A stretch of 63,692 bases of DNA, counting the filler, from Asterionella formosa (lineage: Eukaryota): the NCBI GenBank assembly GCA_002256025.1. It is 20 parts of 20 records of this genome, joined end to end, with 100 filler letters (N's around TTAATTAATTAA, not from the genome) between each part and the next. Parts side by side here need not be neighbours in the genome. Positions count along the whole stretch, not along the records: positions 13,057 to 41,366 come from NKIB01001251.1; 19 more parts are not named here. One strand, 5' to 3'. Of this stretch, positions 24,772 through 37,945 are shown piece after piece. The translations under genes were made by a program, and so were the position numbers. Numbering within the stretch: the first letter of the stretch is position 1; each line of letters starts with the position of its first letter. The notes below the pieces were generated by a model, which did not search any database, was not told the origin of the DNA, and saw only the letters and a list, made by a program, of their open reading frames with translations.

Positions 24772-26182
24772 AATGTCTTCAAGAAACCATAAAGAGGTTC
24801 ATGGAAACAAGCGACATGTGGCAAATACTGCCGGTATGGAACAAAGAAGCAAGTTCCAAAATAAGTTAATAAAAAAAAAAGCGAACAGGCGATTATCCAA
24901 AGCAACCCAATCGGCGATTGGGAGACGTTGGGGGTAATACCCCATTGTCGATGGGGACACCATCAGCTACTAGTACAAAAGATCCCGTAATTGATACTGA
25001 CAGCGATGATGACGTTTCTACTTCAGTTATTGATAAAAGAAAATTGGCTCCTGTCGATGATACCATTAATAACTCCCGGATGGCGATGGACAACATGGTA
25101 CCATATCATAAATTTTCTATTCGCACGGACCAACAAGTACATGACAACCTGAGGGAAAAACATTTTGTACTTGCCAAAGGATTTTATCAATTGGTCAATG
25201 AACTCAATCACTACAAAGGTCGTAATTCGGTTCAAAACTCGTCAATACAAGGTTATCAAGACTCTTCAATTTCAGCAGCTTTATCAGAGCGTCGTTCTTG
25301 CTTAACTAAAATTGAACCAACAATTGTCGCAAAGGTTGTTATTTTAATTTGCTTTCAAGACCAAGAAGTTTTTCCTGTGAACATGTAAGTTTGATGTTAT
25401 AGTTTGTGAATTGCAGGTACTGTATAACAGAATATCAATCAAATGTGCTTTTTTCTGGTCCCAAAAGAGAATCAAACATCCCGCCCTGCCTATCTGGTCT
25501 AAGTAGTATGAAAGGGATTGGTTTGCCAAATGTTGCCTAACTCGGCTATACACAGTGAAACCGGAGTTAGGCAAAGAAGTGGAGAGTGACCCAGAGCTTG
25601 CCGATTTCATATGGAATGGTTCTGATGCACTACTTCCGATGAATCAGACCATTGAATGTACCAACAAGGCATGTTTAGATTACATCAAATCAACATTTGG
25701 TGGCATGTGCATTAAAAAGTCGAGCGAAAGAATGTCAAAATGTATTGAATAATCAATTTAAAGGAATGCATCTTAGGTAAGTTCTTGCAGGGAGATGCTC
25801 CGAAAGCATGATGTTTTGAGTCGGTGATTATATTCTTATCAAATATGTTTCAATTTAAAAATGCTAACATAATTCATGACACACCAGCTGGTCTAACAGA
25901 ATATAGCTAACTTCCAGACTATGGATATTGATGACTTTATTAGGTGGGCATTGACGCTTTATCGTTTTGCACAGTCAAAGGACATTGTCAAGGAATCCTA
26001 GTACTCCCACCACAAATATCATCTACCCACACTCATACTTCTCATTTCCCAACGTAAGTGGAGATGATATGCATCAATTTGTTGAATCACTTCAACCAAA
26101 TGTTCCTGAAAAGAATATTGATTATTATGACCGCATTAATCAACGGGACATTGATGACGATTTTGATTTTGAATGGATCTAA
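24772..26182 (+). pseudogene. Accessory gene A, copy 2 (unknown function, intron-containing)
   Basis: ATG at 24772; ORF pieces 24918-25388, 25555-25752 and 25967-26182. Donors at 25385 and 25777 are at positions equivalent to those in copy 1. Confidence 0.65.
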
Positions 26183-26599
26183 TAGAATCCAGCAATGCAT
26201 ACTTAGTAGTTACATAATAATTATCGTAAGTGTGAGACTTCTACAATGCAAGCAATATCATAGATGATAGGAAAACATGGATTCTGCTCTACACTACTAT
26301 TACTATCAGTGCCGCCTGTACTACATATAGCGGTATACCTACATTTTTACTATGTTGGAGTGATAATTTAACAACTCTGTATTTTCCAGCACAGCATGTT
26401 CGAAGTGGTGCTCAATTTATTATTATTTTTTATTAATTCATTTTCATTCTATCCTTTTCATATCCTGACTTGTTCATCATTTGCAATTCGCAATGTCTGT
26501 GCGCACATTGCGATGGTGTTATCTGTGTAACTACAAATTTTGGAAGAACAAATCCCCATCTGAGTCTCACAATCGAAATTGTAGCAACCGTGTTTTTTA

Positions 26600-29328
26600 T
26601 GCATATGGTCACTGTCGACATTGCATGCAGGAACATCGAGTTCCTGGAATACATAGTGAAACTATGTATTGCGGTAGTGCGCGCATCAAATCATTCAAGG
26701 AAAGAAGTTAATGATGGCAGTGTAACTGCTGCAGCATTTAGGGAGATTAGACAAGAAGAGATTATGTGTCCTATCCTTGAATCAAATGACCACAATCATC
26801 CACTTCATGAGGACAGCGACGATTCAGTTTATAACAATATTCAGTCACAACAGGACGAACAATTGAGACTAAAAACTCTCCAAGGGTTGAATTCAGAAAC
26901 CATGCAATATCGCACTGGCTTTCTCCCTGAAAATGCAATGGAAATGCCCCTTCCTTCTCAATTTCAACTTCCAAGTAAACAGTCTCTAAACATGCGCGCA
27001 TCCAATTGAATTAGAACTCATGTTATTCCTCAACGTGAATTACTATCTTCCACCAGTTTACTTTGATCATCTAATGAAATGGCTGTTCAAGGCAAAAGCA
27101 ATGAAAATTTTTGACGATGGAAGGCAGGTGTCAAGCTCCATCCTACCAGACTTTGAAAAAACGCAGCATGGATATTTCATTTCCACCAACATTAGTGTAT
27201 TTCATTTCCACCAACATAAGAACTGTTGACCAAACAAATAAAGATTGATAACAATTCAAATATGATCATCCCACGCACCCTTTATTATTTCGAACCAGTA
27301 CAGCTCATGGCAAGCAGGATTGCTACTTGATTCCGATATCATGCAACTTTTTGTATGTCACCCACAAGTGAAACTTACAACTTGTGGAGAACGCATGCAT
27401 ATATTTCCACCAACATTAGCTGGTGGTCAACTGTTGACCAAACAAATAAAGAGTGATAACGATTCAAATATGATCATCCCATGCACACTCCATTTTTTCG
27501 AACCAGTACAGCTCATGGCAGGCAGGATTGATACGTGATTCCGATATCATGCAACATTTTGTTTGTCACCCACAAGCAACATTTTGTATGTCACCCACAA
27601 GTGAAACTTACAACTTGTGGAGAATACATGCATATATGACGAAGTAACTTCTGCGACTTGGTTTGAAAATGCATTCAACAATTCTCCTGCATCAGAAAAT
27701 GGAGTGTTGAAGGCAAGACAGGGTGTTTATTTGTTGCCTTTAGCAGTTTTCAGTGATGGTTCACCTATTGATAAACAAATGAAACATTCCAAGCATCCGT
27801 TTTTTGCTTACAATGTTAAACTGAACGTTAGAAGGAAGGAAAAAAGTTGATGGATGGCAATTAGTATCTCTTTTGCCAGACATTGAAGTCAGTAATCTGT
27901 AGAAACAAATGAATAATAAGTTATCTGGTGATGACTTGTCCTTAAGTAGACTCAAATTATATCATTCTGTTACAGGATTTCTACTGTCGCCTTTCGAAGA
28001 GCAATCCAAACAAGTCATACGATATTTGGGTTCATGGTCTTGGCCTTGGTATGACAAAAGTTTATTTCCAGATTGGAATGATCATGGGTGATACAGAAGA
28101 TCACAATAAAATTTGTCGCTTCAGGGGTGGTAATGGATTATATCGACGATATATTTGTCGTGATTGCCTGGCTGGTTTCAACTGAGGATGCTGATAATCC
28201 TGATATTGGATGTTAACGTCGTAAAGTGTCAGATGTTAAAAAGTTTTTAAACAAATTTCTTGACAAAAATGCATATCCCGATGGAAAATTGCCATGTATC
28301 CCACCTGAGTATTGTGTCTCCCAATCTAATGGCAAATACGCAACAGCAAACGAGTGGTGCCGTGTTTTATGGCATAATCCTATTATGCCTGCACTAATAA
28401 ATCATTTTTTTGCTGGTGACTTCGAAAGATTATTTGGTGCAACTCCATTTGAGGTTCTTCATCAATTACTACTTGGAATATTTAAGTTTGCACATTTTGG
28501 AATCTTTGTACAATTATCGGACTATCCCTGAAGAATGGACATGTTTTTTTAAAGAAAGAAAGAATCCAGATATTCCAGATAACATCTCCGATCATAAACG
28601 TAACACTGCAACAACAGACTCTGCTTTTCTTGATCAAGAGCAAAAGAAGAAACGGGCAAAGACCAAAACGGAGCGACACACGCACCAGTTATTAAAAATA
28701 TCTACACTGGCAAAAATCAAGACCCAACACTTGTACCAGCACCAGAAATTGCATGTATTTTCGAAACTATACTTCGAACAAAGTGCTAGATAAAACAATA
28801 GTCATTTGGAAAGGCAAAGCGATCGTGATATTCCAAAATTGTCATACAGATCTGGGATGACAACTTTGTCGAAAATGCATGTCAGGGCAAGAAATTCCCG
28901 GATTATGTCTGTTAACTATTTTTTCAATAGGTGGAATGATGGGCGGGTTCAGAGAACATGCACCTAGAAAAGGATTTCACATTGCTGTTATGGTTATGTA
29001 TATCTATCAATGACACTTTATTCATACCACAATATACATCAACATGTATTGATTTTTTAGAGGAAAGGGTGAAGAGATTTATGTCAGTTACTAAGATTAT
29101 GCTTGGTCCCCAACCGGAAATGATATCTCAAATTGGCTTAGGAATGGCAAAATTTCATGGAATGAAACGCACATAACCCTCATCTGATTAGGAAGTTCGG
29201 ATCTCTACTTAATTTCTTTGGTGGATATTTGGAGTCTTTCTTGAAAGATAAATTGAAATGAGCGACCCAGTCAGCGTGTCAACGGACAGACAATTACATC
29301 GATTAAAGCATGACATTTTAACAAGGTC
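26600..29328 (+). pseudogene. Plavaka-type transposase, copy 2 (N-terminal and core, frameshifted, 3'-truncated)
   Basis: YDEVTSATWF, LLPLAVFSDGSPID..SKHP, GWQLVSLLP, RLKLYH..LLSPF, MIMGDTEDHNKIC, GATPFEVLHQLLLG, AKFHGMK, RLKHDILTRS. Start boundary approximate. Confidence 0.8.
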
Positions 29329-31500
29329 CATTATTTCTTCTTTTTCACTCCCAAAGAACCTAAGATGGTCCTTCTCGTTTCGTCCGAAATTTTGCTTCTC
29401 CACTTTTCAACTGCAGTTCGATATGAGTCTGCAAACGTCTTCAATTTGATTCCAGAAGGGCTATCATCAGATACAAAATGTTCTTTTTACTTTTTGACAA
29501 TTTTGATGCATCCAGAAATTTGGCCAAGAGGTGCATGATTATACCATTTGAAGGAGCAAGTTTGTCATTTCTTTGTTGTATCATGGATTTTACGTAGACA
29601 ACTTCATCCTTCTTGAAAGAAGAGTTGCAAGGAGGAACACGTCCAAATACTTCGTTCAACATTTTTAAATCTAAATAGGATGTCAAAATTTTGTCGATAC
29701 AAAATTGAAGAACAGTTACTGTATTTCCAACTGAAACATATCCTCACGAGAATTTGTCGTTGTCACTTGAGGCCAAACTGTTCCAAGATGAAAGTATGGT
29801 GACTTGGTTGATGGGTCAGGTGTAATGGATAAGAAATCGTCTGTTCGATCTGTTGCTGTCACCTGACGTTTTAAAAGTTTCCAGGACTCAGTCTCCAAAC
29901 GGAAATATGCCCGTTTGCCAAGAAATTCGGTTTTGCCATTCCTCTCTAATTGCAATAGAGTTTCCAACACTTTCATAATTGTAAAAGATCACATGACCAT
30001 CTACTGTCATCTTCTGGTTGAAATAACATTGAATCATGTTCAGTGTCCATACTGATCTGCAATGGTGCTTTGGTGCCAGTATAGAAAGATTCCGAGAACC
30101 TAATTTCTTCAGGTATATGGGATTCTTGTGGACGATAGCTATCCTGTATCGGTGCATAACAATTCCAATTCTTTTCTGCATCCGGTAATGATGCAGTACT
30201 TAAGGGCAAGGTGAAATACTTGATCATAATGTTCATCCAAACTTGCATCTTTCCTGGGTCACAGACTTGACATAATCCATCATTTATAGCAAAAAGATAA
30301 TGCACAAAATGGTTGTTTTCCTCCTCATCTGATCTTTTGCAATACACAATTAGCACATAGTTACTTTTGTGATGAAGTGGATGACAATCACCTTGGTATA
30401 TATATGGATTGTTATTACCCTTTTCTGGGTTCTCATCAAGATCAAATATAACCTTTACATCACTTGGATGAAGTTCATGAATTATATAATGGATCATAGA
30501 GGTAACTGTTTCAAGGTCCCAATATGCAAGATCTTTAAAATCTGAACATGATTTTTAGATACCTTTGACTCCATAAAATACAGAGGCGTAATTGCTGTAC
30601 AAATCTTTCCACAATTTTAGTTGTCCATGCGATTTCGGCAAACTCAAGGACTATGCCGTTTGCTTTGGCATAATAACTACAAGTGTACAAATCTTTCCAC
30701 AATTTTAGTTGTCCATGCGATTTCGGCAAACTCAAGGACTATGCCGTTTGCTTTGGCATAATAACTCTACACATTTCACATGCCGACTCTTCACAAAAGT
30801 AGCTGCCTCCGGGATTGTTTTCAATGATTTTACAAAGAAATCCTAATCCATTTCTTCCATGTTCGATTTGGAAAAAGATTCAATTTTGTGTTTCTGACTT
30901 TGTTCCCTATTCAAAGCATCAACTGCCTCAGCCAGCACCACATCTGTGTCTGCATTGATCTTCTTGAATTCGAGGTCTTGATCTAGTTCAGGCTTTTTCT
31001 TGAATATCTTTTCTTTTAGAAATGCAAAAGTTTCTCTGCTTTCATGATGTTCATCTTGATGTTTTGCAACTTTTCAACCATTTCTATTCAGAAGTGATGC
31101 ATGTCTCCCACATTTCCACCATTATTTTCATTCATCGCATAATTTTGTTCATCAAATGAATGAGAATCACTGAGTTCTTCTTAATTATTAGCAATTTCGG
31201 GAGAATGAGGAGTAAAATACGACACTGGATGGTGGAACTGTGACTCTGTACGAATAGAGTCTTCATCCACAAAGACCAACTGTTTGGATTCCTCTTTGAA
31301 AGCAATCTTTCCTTCTTTTCAATCTCAGCCACTATTGTATCGGTTGGCATATTTGCTTCCTTTTTTCTGGAGTATTATGAATCTTTTCAAATTCATTTGA
31401 TCTTTGAGTGTACTCAAAGGAATCTTCGATTGATTTCATAACTTTCTTCATCTTCTTTCCCGAAAACCTTAAGTCGTGTAGTGTAAACAATGGAAGTAAC
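29323..31500 (-). pseudogene. Large accessory gene with candidate Ulp1/SENP-like (C48) protease domain (core ORF 29973-30497)
   Basis: Order NNHFVHYLFAI..QVCDP..LFQPEDDSRWSC fits the His-Asp-Gln/Cys arrangement of Ulp1 peptidases, though Q-C spacing is longer than canonical. Charged N-terminal region. Second copy at 37946-38975. Confidence 0.45.
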
Positions 31501-32754
31501 TCTCGTTTCTTGTTTGACTGATCCTTTCCATGAAATCCATGAAATGCAATTTGGAAAGTTGTCGAAGGGCCAGAAGACGATGATGTAAAAAATTGGAAGG
31601 AAAACGCGGAGCTTATTGCGGCGCTTGTTGAGGTGGAACTGGTGTGTTGGTAACCGAGTGTAGTAATTGTTGAACAGAGCACAGTGTAATATGCATGTTC
31701 CGCCAGCATAGTCTTTACACAATACACATGCTGGCACAGACGACACAACAATGAACGTGATGGCTGGTTGTTGAGGATACCGGTATGTGATCTGCATCAA
31801 TCCATATCACAAATCATATTATAGTGATGTACATATCAATGCATTCGTATACTTAGATCCTATCCACTGTATAATACTATCATATTAACTGTTGACTTTA
31901 ACTGTATAAATTAAACGACAAACATATATATTAATTGCCATACTTTATGATTGCTTGATTTATATTCTATGATGTCTTGGTAACACTTGCGTACATATTT
32001 TATCGTATTATATTGTCATTGTACTATTTTTACATGATCATATTTTTATCAAAATTATATCATATACATTTCATGAAATCATCATAATTTTATGATCAAT
32101 GTATCATAGCTATGTGATGTACTTTATTCAATATTACGTATCATACTTTGATGATGTATGGTTCGAACGAGCAAATGATGATACGGTACCAATTTTTCCA
32201 ACGAAAGAACTTGTCTCTCTATTGATGAGGATGACACGGACACCGACTTTTCCAGGAGCAAACAACAATGAAGAGACCCACTTGTCGCTCGATTGAAGTG
32301 GACGAAAAGGATATATTTTTTGTGCGCTGTGTGCGGAAACATTACAATCTCGAATGGTTTCTTCTCTCCTGTAAACTCTTAATTGAATGATTATGAACAA
32401 AGCTTCACTGCACATGACGATTACTCGAAGATATAATGATCACTTGACCAACAAATTGAAGACGTTATCGCAAACATTCATTCCGCTTGTCATTGCTAGT
32501 ATTTCGTTGTTGTTTCAAAAACCGGAGTGATGACGGATGGAAATAACGAGCCAAATTACATTACTTGAACTGGTACATTATCCTACCAAGAAATTCGAAA
32601 ACAGGAATCAAATAGAAACAATACATATAATAATTAAATATATGTAGTAAAAAGGTTTACTATTTAAATTACAAAGGCATTTATCAAAATTATTAGATGA
32701 TATAACGAAAAATTATGATCAGATGATCACAATCCTATGATGCATCATGGAAAT

Positions 32755-32777
32755 ATGATAGTTTTTATTTGCAAACG
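32755..32777 (-). repeat. Right TIR (reverse complement CGTTTGCAAATAAAAACTATCAT)
   Basis: 21/23 identical to the left TIR. Gypsy gag sequence begins immediately after. Confidence 0.8.
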
Positions 32778-35700
32778 GCAACAAGAGTTTGAATTTAAAT
32801 CATACAAAGACTTCAGACCATTCGATTCGTTCGGTTCTCGCTTACTTCGAGAGTCAACAATCGTTTAAGGATCAAAACAAGCATCTTCCCAACAACAGTT
32901 TTCAAACAATCACACAGAACCGTCTTCGCATTGCTGAAGGCAATCTTGCGATGCGTCAAGAAAACGAGCGTGTCAGTCGTCAATTCTACAACGATAATTT
33001 TACTCCAAGTGGTCGTGGAAGGGCGTGTGCTATTGTCAATGCAGCCGGACGCGCATGGGATCGTCAGGCAACTGTTCGTCATCAAGCTCTACAAGCCAGT
33101 CGTACGTACTATGATTATCGCGGTCCTTGCCCGGTAAATCCTGAAGGTGTACATACTTGGGGCAATTGTTTCCAGAATCCTCGTACTCAAGGTGGTCGAG
33201 CAGGTCGCATGGCTGGTCGTCAAAATGGATATGGTTTTCCAGTTTCGGTAGACGAGGACATTTTGGTGGTCGTGGAGGCGGTGTACACAGCAATCCTACG
33301 GAAAGCTATCATACTGACACTGCTAACCCTGTGCCTGTTCCACATGCTCATATGTTAAATACATTGGGTCATAATACTCGTCCATCCGGTTGGGGTACCG
33401 TGCCACGTCCCGATCCTACCAAGAATACATCTGCCCAGGAAATTTCAGTGGTCACGAACCTTCCTGCTGGTCAGATAGTGACTTTTGTCCCTCCTACACA
33501 ACAGCAGATTGCTGATCGCCATTCCAGAGGTATGTGCGATAAGAGCGATGTCATTTATAACGACTCGTTGAGTATATCTCACGTTAGTAATCACTTGAAT
33601 AATATTGTTGATTTACAGGTTGAATACACTATGGATACCGCTGTTAATGTAACGCGGGATATATATAACTGTATTGATGGACATGATGTTCCACATACAT
33701 ATCAGGGCCCAATTCCGGTTTCCTGTTTTACTTCTAAGGATATATTAACATCAATTGATTTGATTCCGATGTCCCTTTTAGCGCCAAAATTGGTGGATAA
33801 TATACCGATACATAAAATACTACGAGTATTATTCGATAGTGGAGGATCATTATCCTTAATACATGAACGGGTTATGCCTCAAGGTATTTCTTTGTCTGAC
33901 GAGACTTCCCAATTAATACATACCATAGCTGGTACTTATTCATCTCATACCAGTGTCATGCTATATGACCTGATTTTAACAGAATTTAATCGATCCGCTC
34001 ATATTTTACAACAAAAATGTCAAGTCTTTAATGGTCAATGCACATTTGATGTTATTTTAGGACATGATTTCCTCCGTCAAGTTGGTTTAACCATTGATTT
34101 CGTAAATAACACCATGTCCTGTATGGATAAAATCGTTCCTATGCTTCCTTTCACATTCTTTGATGATAGAGAACGTTTACAAGATGTATTATTATATTTC
34201 GATGCACCTATGATTGTGTAATCTTCTTATGTGCTGGAAATTAAAGCTGCTGAATATAATTACGTAAATATTGATACAGTGGTGGATAAACAAATACATT
34301 TGACAACAATACAACGATCATGTTAACGATCTATATTGGTTAAATATCAAACATTATTTGATGGCAAATTAAAAGTCTATCCTCACAAACAGGTACATTT
34401 GGAATTATTATCAAATGCTGTCCCTCGTCATCAATGAGCATATCCGGTCGCTCATATTCATTTAAAAGTTTTCAAAACGGAATTACAACAATAATGTGAT
34501 ATTGGAGTCCTCCAAAAATGTGGTGCTTCTAAATGGGCATCTCCCACCTTAATTATTCCAAAAAAGGATGGAAGTGTCCGATGGGTATCAGATTTTCGTG
34601 AACTTAATAAAGTCATCAATCGCAATATATATCCTTTGCCTCGAATACAAACTATTCTCACTAAACGTGCTGGATATGTATTTTTCACCAAATTGGATGT
34701 TTCTATGCAATACTATACTTTTGCATTGGAAGTGGAGAGTCGAAACTTGTGTGTTATTTCAACTCCATTTGGTTTATATAAATATTTACGCCTCCCTATG
34801 GGGGTGAAACAATCATCTGACATTTCACAAGAAACTATGGAACAGATCCTTAGTGATTTAGATGATGTGGAAATTTATATTGATGATGTGGGTTGTTTTT
34901 CAATGAATTTTTCAGATCCCCTTCATTTATTGGACACTATTTTTCATCGTTTACAGATAAATGGTTTTACAATTAATCCATCTAAGTGTGAATGGGCAGT
35001 CCAAGAAACAGGTTGGTAAGGCTATTGGTTAACTCCTAATGGACTGAAACCTTGGTCTAAAAAGGTCCGAGCATTGATTAATATCATGTCTTCACCTACC
35101 AATCTTAAACAAGTTCGATCATTTCTCGGTGCTGTTACTTACTATCGAGACATGTTTCCTAGAGGATCGCATGTTCTTGGACGACTTACGGATTTGATTG
35201 GAACTAGTCCCTTTGTCTGGTTACCTATCCATCAACAAGCTTTTGAAGAAATGAAAGCATTGTTAGTTGCAGATACACTCATGCGTTATCCTGACCATAA
35301 TCTTCCTTTTCATATCTTTACTGATGCCTCTGATTATCAATTAGGGTCCGTCATTATGCAAAATGATCTCCCAGTTGCTTATTATTCTCGCAAATTATCT
35401 GCTGCTCAAAAGAATTATACTACTATTGAAAAAGAATTACTTTCGGTGGTAGAAACTTTCAAAGAATTTCGCTCTATGTTAGCTATTGGGCGCAGTTCTA
35501 CATGTTCACACTGATCATCGAAATCTTATTTATAATACATTACATACTCAACGTGTTCTACGATGGAGACTTTACATTGAAGAATACCATCCTACTTTTC
35601 ACTACGTGAAAGGGACTGACAATGCTATTGCAGATTCCATATCTCGCCTCCCGAGACATGAGTCTTTGGTGGAGGATGATATTGATATTGGACCGAAATC

Positions 35701-37159
35701 TCCAACATCAACTTCCACTTCTACTTTTTCAATTGAATTAGATGATGAACCTCTGCTTACATGTTTCCTTAATAGTCCCATCTTGACAGACAATATTCAA
35801 TATCCTCTGGATTATAATTTAATACATGATAGACAATTGCTGGATATACAATTGATTCTCAATCAACAAACACATCCATTAAAATTTCCTTCTATCAATT
35901 TTCATGATATATTTTTAATATGTTTTGTGAAGAATCCAGGAGATACTTGGTGTATTGCTATTCCTACATCGTTATTGGATCCTATTATTAATGGGTATCA
36001 TCAGATGTTAGCTCATGTGGGTATGACAAGAATAAATGCTACAATTGCTACACATTTTTATCACCCTACATTGAAAGCAAAAGTGGAACATATTGTAAGA
36101 GTATGTGAAGCATGTCAACGTACAAAATTACCTGGTACTGGTTTTGGTGAACTTCCACCCAGGAATGCATTATTATTACCATGGTCAGAAGTCGCAGTAG
36201 ATCTAATTGGTCCATGGAAGATAACAGTGGCTGCTCAAACGATTGAATTTCGTGCTCTAACTTGTATTGACACAGTCACCAATTTAGCAAAAATTTCACG
36301 TATCACCAATAAAACATCAGAATATATTGCAATGAAATTTGAAAATGATTGGTTAGCCAGATATCCCCGTCCAGAACGTTGTATACATGACAATGGAGGT
36401 GAATTTTCTGGTGCTCCTTTCTTACACATGTTAGTATTGAATGGAATCAAAGATGTGACTACCACAGTAAAGAATCCACAAGCAAATGCTATCTGTGAAC
36501 GTTTACATAAATCTATCAGCAATAGTCTACAAGTTATGTTAAAGGCTTATCCTCCAATCAATGAATTTCAAGCCCAAAATATTGTGGATACATGTTTTGC
36601 AGCTGCGTCATATGCAGCTCGAGCTATTATTCATAGTATATTACGTATTTCACCAGGAGCATGGGTTTTTCAACGTGATATGATATTAAATATTCCTTTG
36701 ATTATAGATTTACAATTAATACATCAACGTCGACAAGTGATAATTGACGAATGTTTACGTCGTGCTAATTTCCGTCGTCGATCTTATGATTACAAAGTGG
36801 GTGACGAGATTTTAATTTTATTGGATAATCCTACTACTTTGGATGATCGTGGACGAGGTCCTTATACTATTATTCAAGTACATGCCAATTGTACAGTTAC
36901 TTTTCAACGCACTATGCATATTACCGAACGAATTAATATTCGTCGTATCAAACCTTTTCATAGGTAAAAGGTTTTCCCTCAAGTGTGGGAGAGTGAGCAA
37001 TCCTGCACATCGATACAAATATACGTAGAGTTAGGGTTATGTCAAATATATCGGAATTCAATAATGAGAGAACTTGACTAACCCTCATTCTATACTTTGA
37101 TGTCAGTTCAGGAAATGAGTTTTTCATAAGGATTAATTAATAAGCTCATATATTCAACA
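32778..37159 (+). mobile_element. 5'-truncated Ty3/gypsy LTR retrotransposon (decayed gag-pol)
   Basis: gag CPVNPEGVHTWGNC, protease LFDSGG, RT YIDD, RNase [21 protein letters not shown], integrase HHCC + DLIGP..DNGGEF..ANAICER + GPY (PR-RT-RH-IN order). Stops and frameshifts present. Purine tract 36981-36993, then TG at 36994 (putative 3' LTR to ~37159, unconfirmed). Confidence 0.93.
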
Positions 37160-37922
37160 AATACTACTACTTCTAGTTAGATACTTCACCAGATACCAAT
37201 CTCACCTTGTTTGTACGAGACGTGTTATTGCACACTCAACATCACCTACAGGTACCGGTACCAACGTCACCTTGCTTGTTTGTACGAGAAGAACGTGTGA
37301 TTGTTGCGTACCAGGTAACTGGTACCGGTACTCTCAGCCACTCCCTCATCTTAACCCTATCCCTGTGATTGACATGATTTAAATTCAAATCAATCGAATA
37401 CGGTACGCACGCTTTCTTACAAAAATATCAGTGCAACATTCATACGGCACTGGTACCTGGTATTAGGTATCCCAACGATGGACATGATTTAAATTCAAAT
37501 CATCAAATGTCTACGTATGTTTACTTACAAAAATATCTGTACAACATTTCGGTATCTGCTGTACAACAACAATAGATATAACAAACTCACACAATATAAA
37601 CAAGTACCAGTGCTCACACAGAAGGATTCTCATACATGTATATCCATTTAGCTGTATATGTAAATATATGGAAATCTGTTCTCTACAATAGTAAGGTACG
37701 TATATGTACATGTACCCATGTACAACTGTCCTATTGAAACACGAATGATTCAAATTCAGTTGCTGATGGTTTGCAGCCAGTGATGGTAAAAGTAAATACA
37801 TACATTTATGTTTATACATATAGTTTGTAATATTCTCTCAGACAATAAATATTATTCATATTAGATGATAAATCGAATTGATATGATCATATGATTGCCA
37901 TTATAAGATGCATCACACGAAT

Positions 37923-37945
37923 TTGATGTTTTCTATTTGCAGACG
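37923..37945 (-). repeat. Third TIR-like terminus (reverse complement CGTCTGCAAATAGAAAACATCAA)
   Basis: First 12 nt identical to the left TIR. Preceded by a TGATCA-rich tract and followed abruptly by mid-gene sequence. Confidence 0.7.

Larger units (their letters stand above)
22741..32777. mobile_element. ~10-kb TIR-bounded Plavaka-type DNA transposon (decayed, internally deleted or chimeric)
   Basis: 23-bp inverted termini (21/23 match), AT- and TGATCA-rich subterminal regions, internal transposase and accessory genes. Both flanking genes are truncated exactly at the TIRs. Confidence 0.8.
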
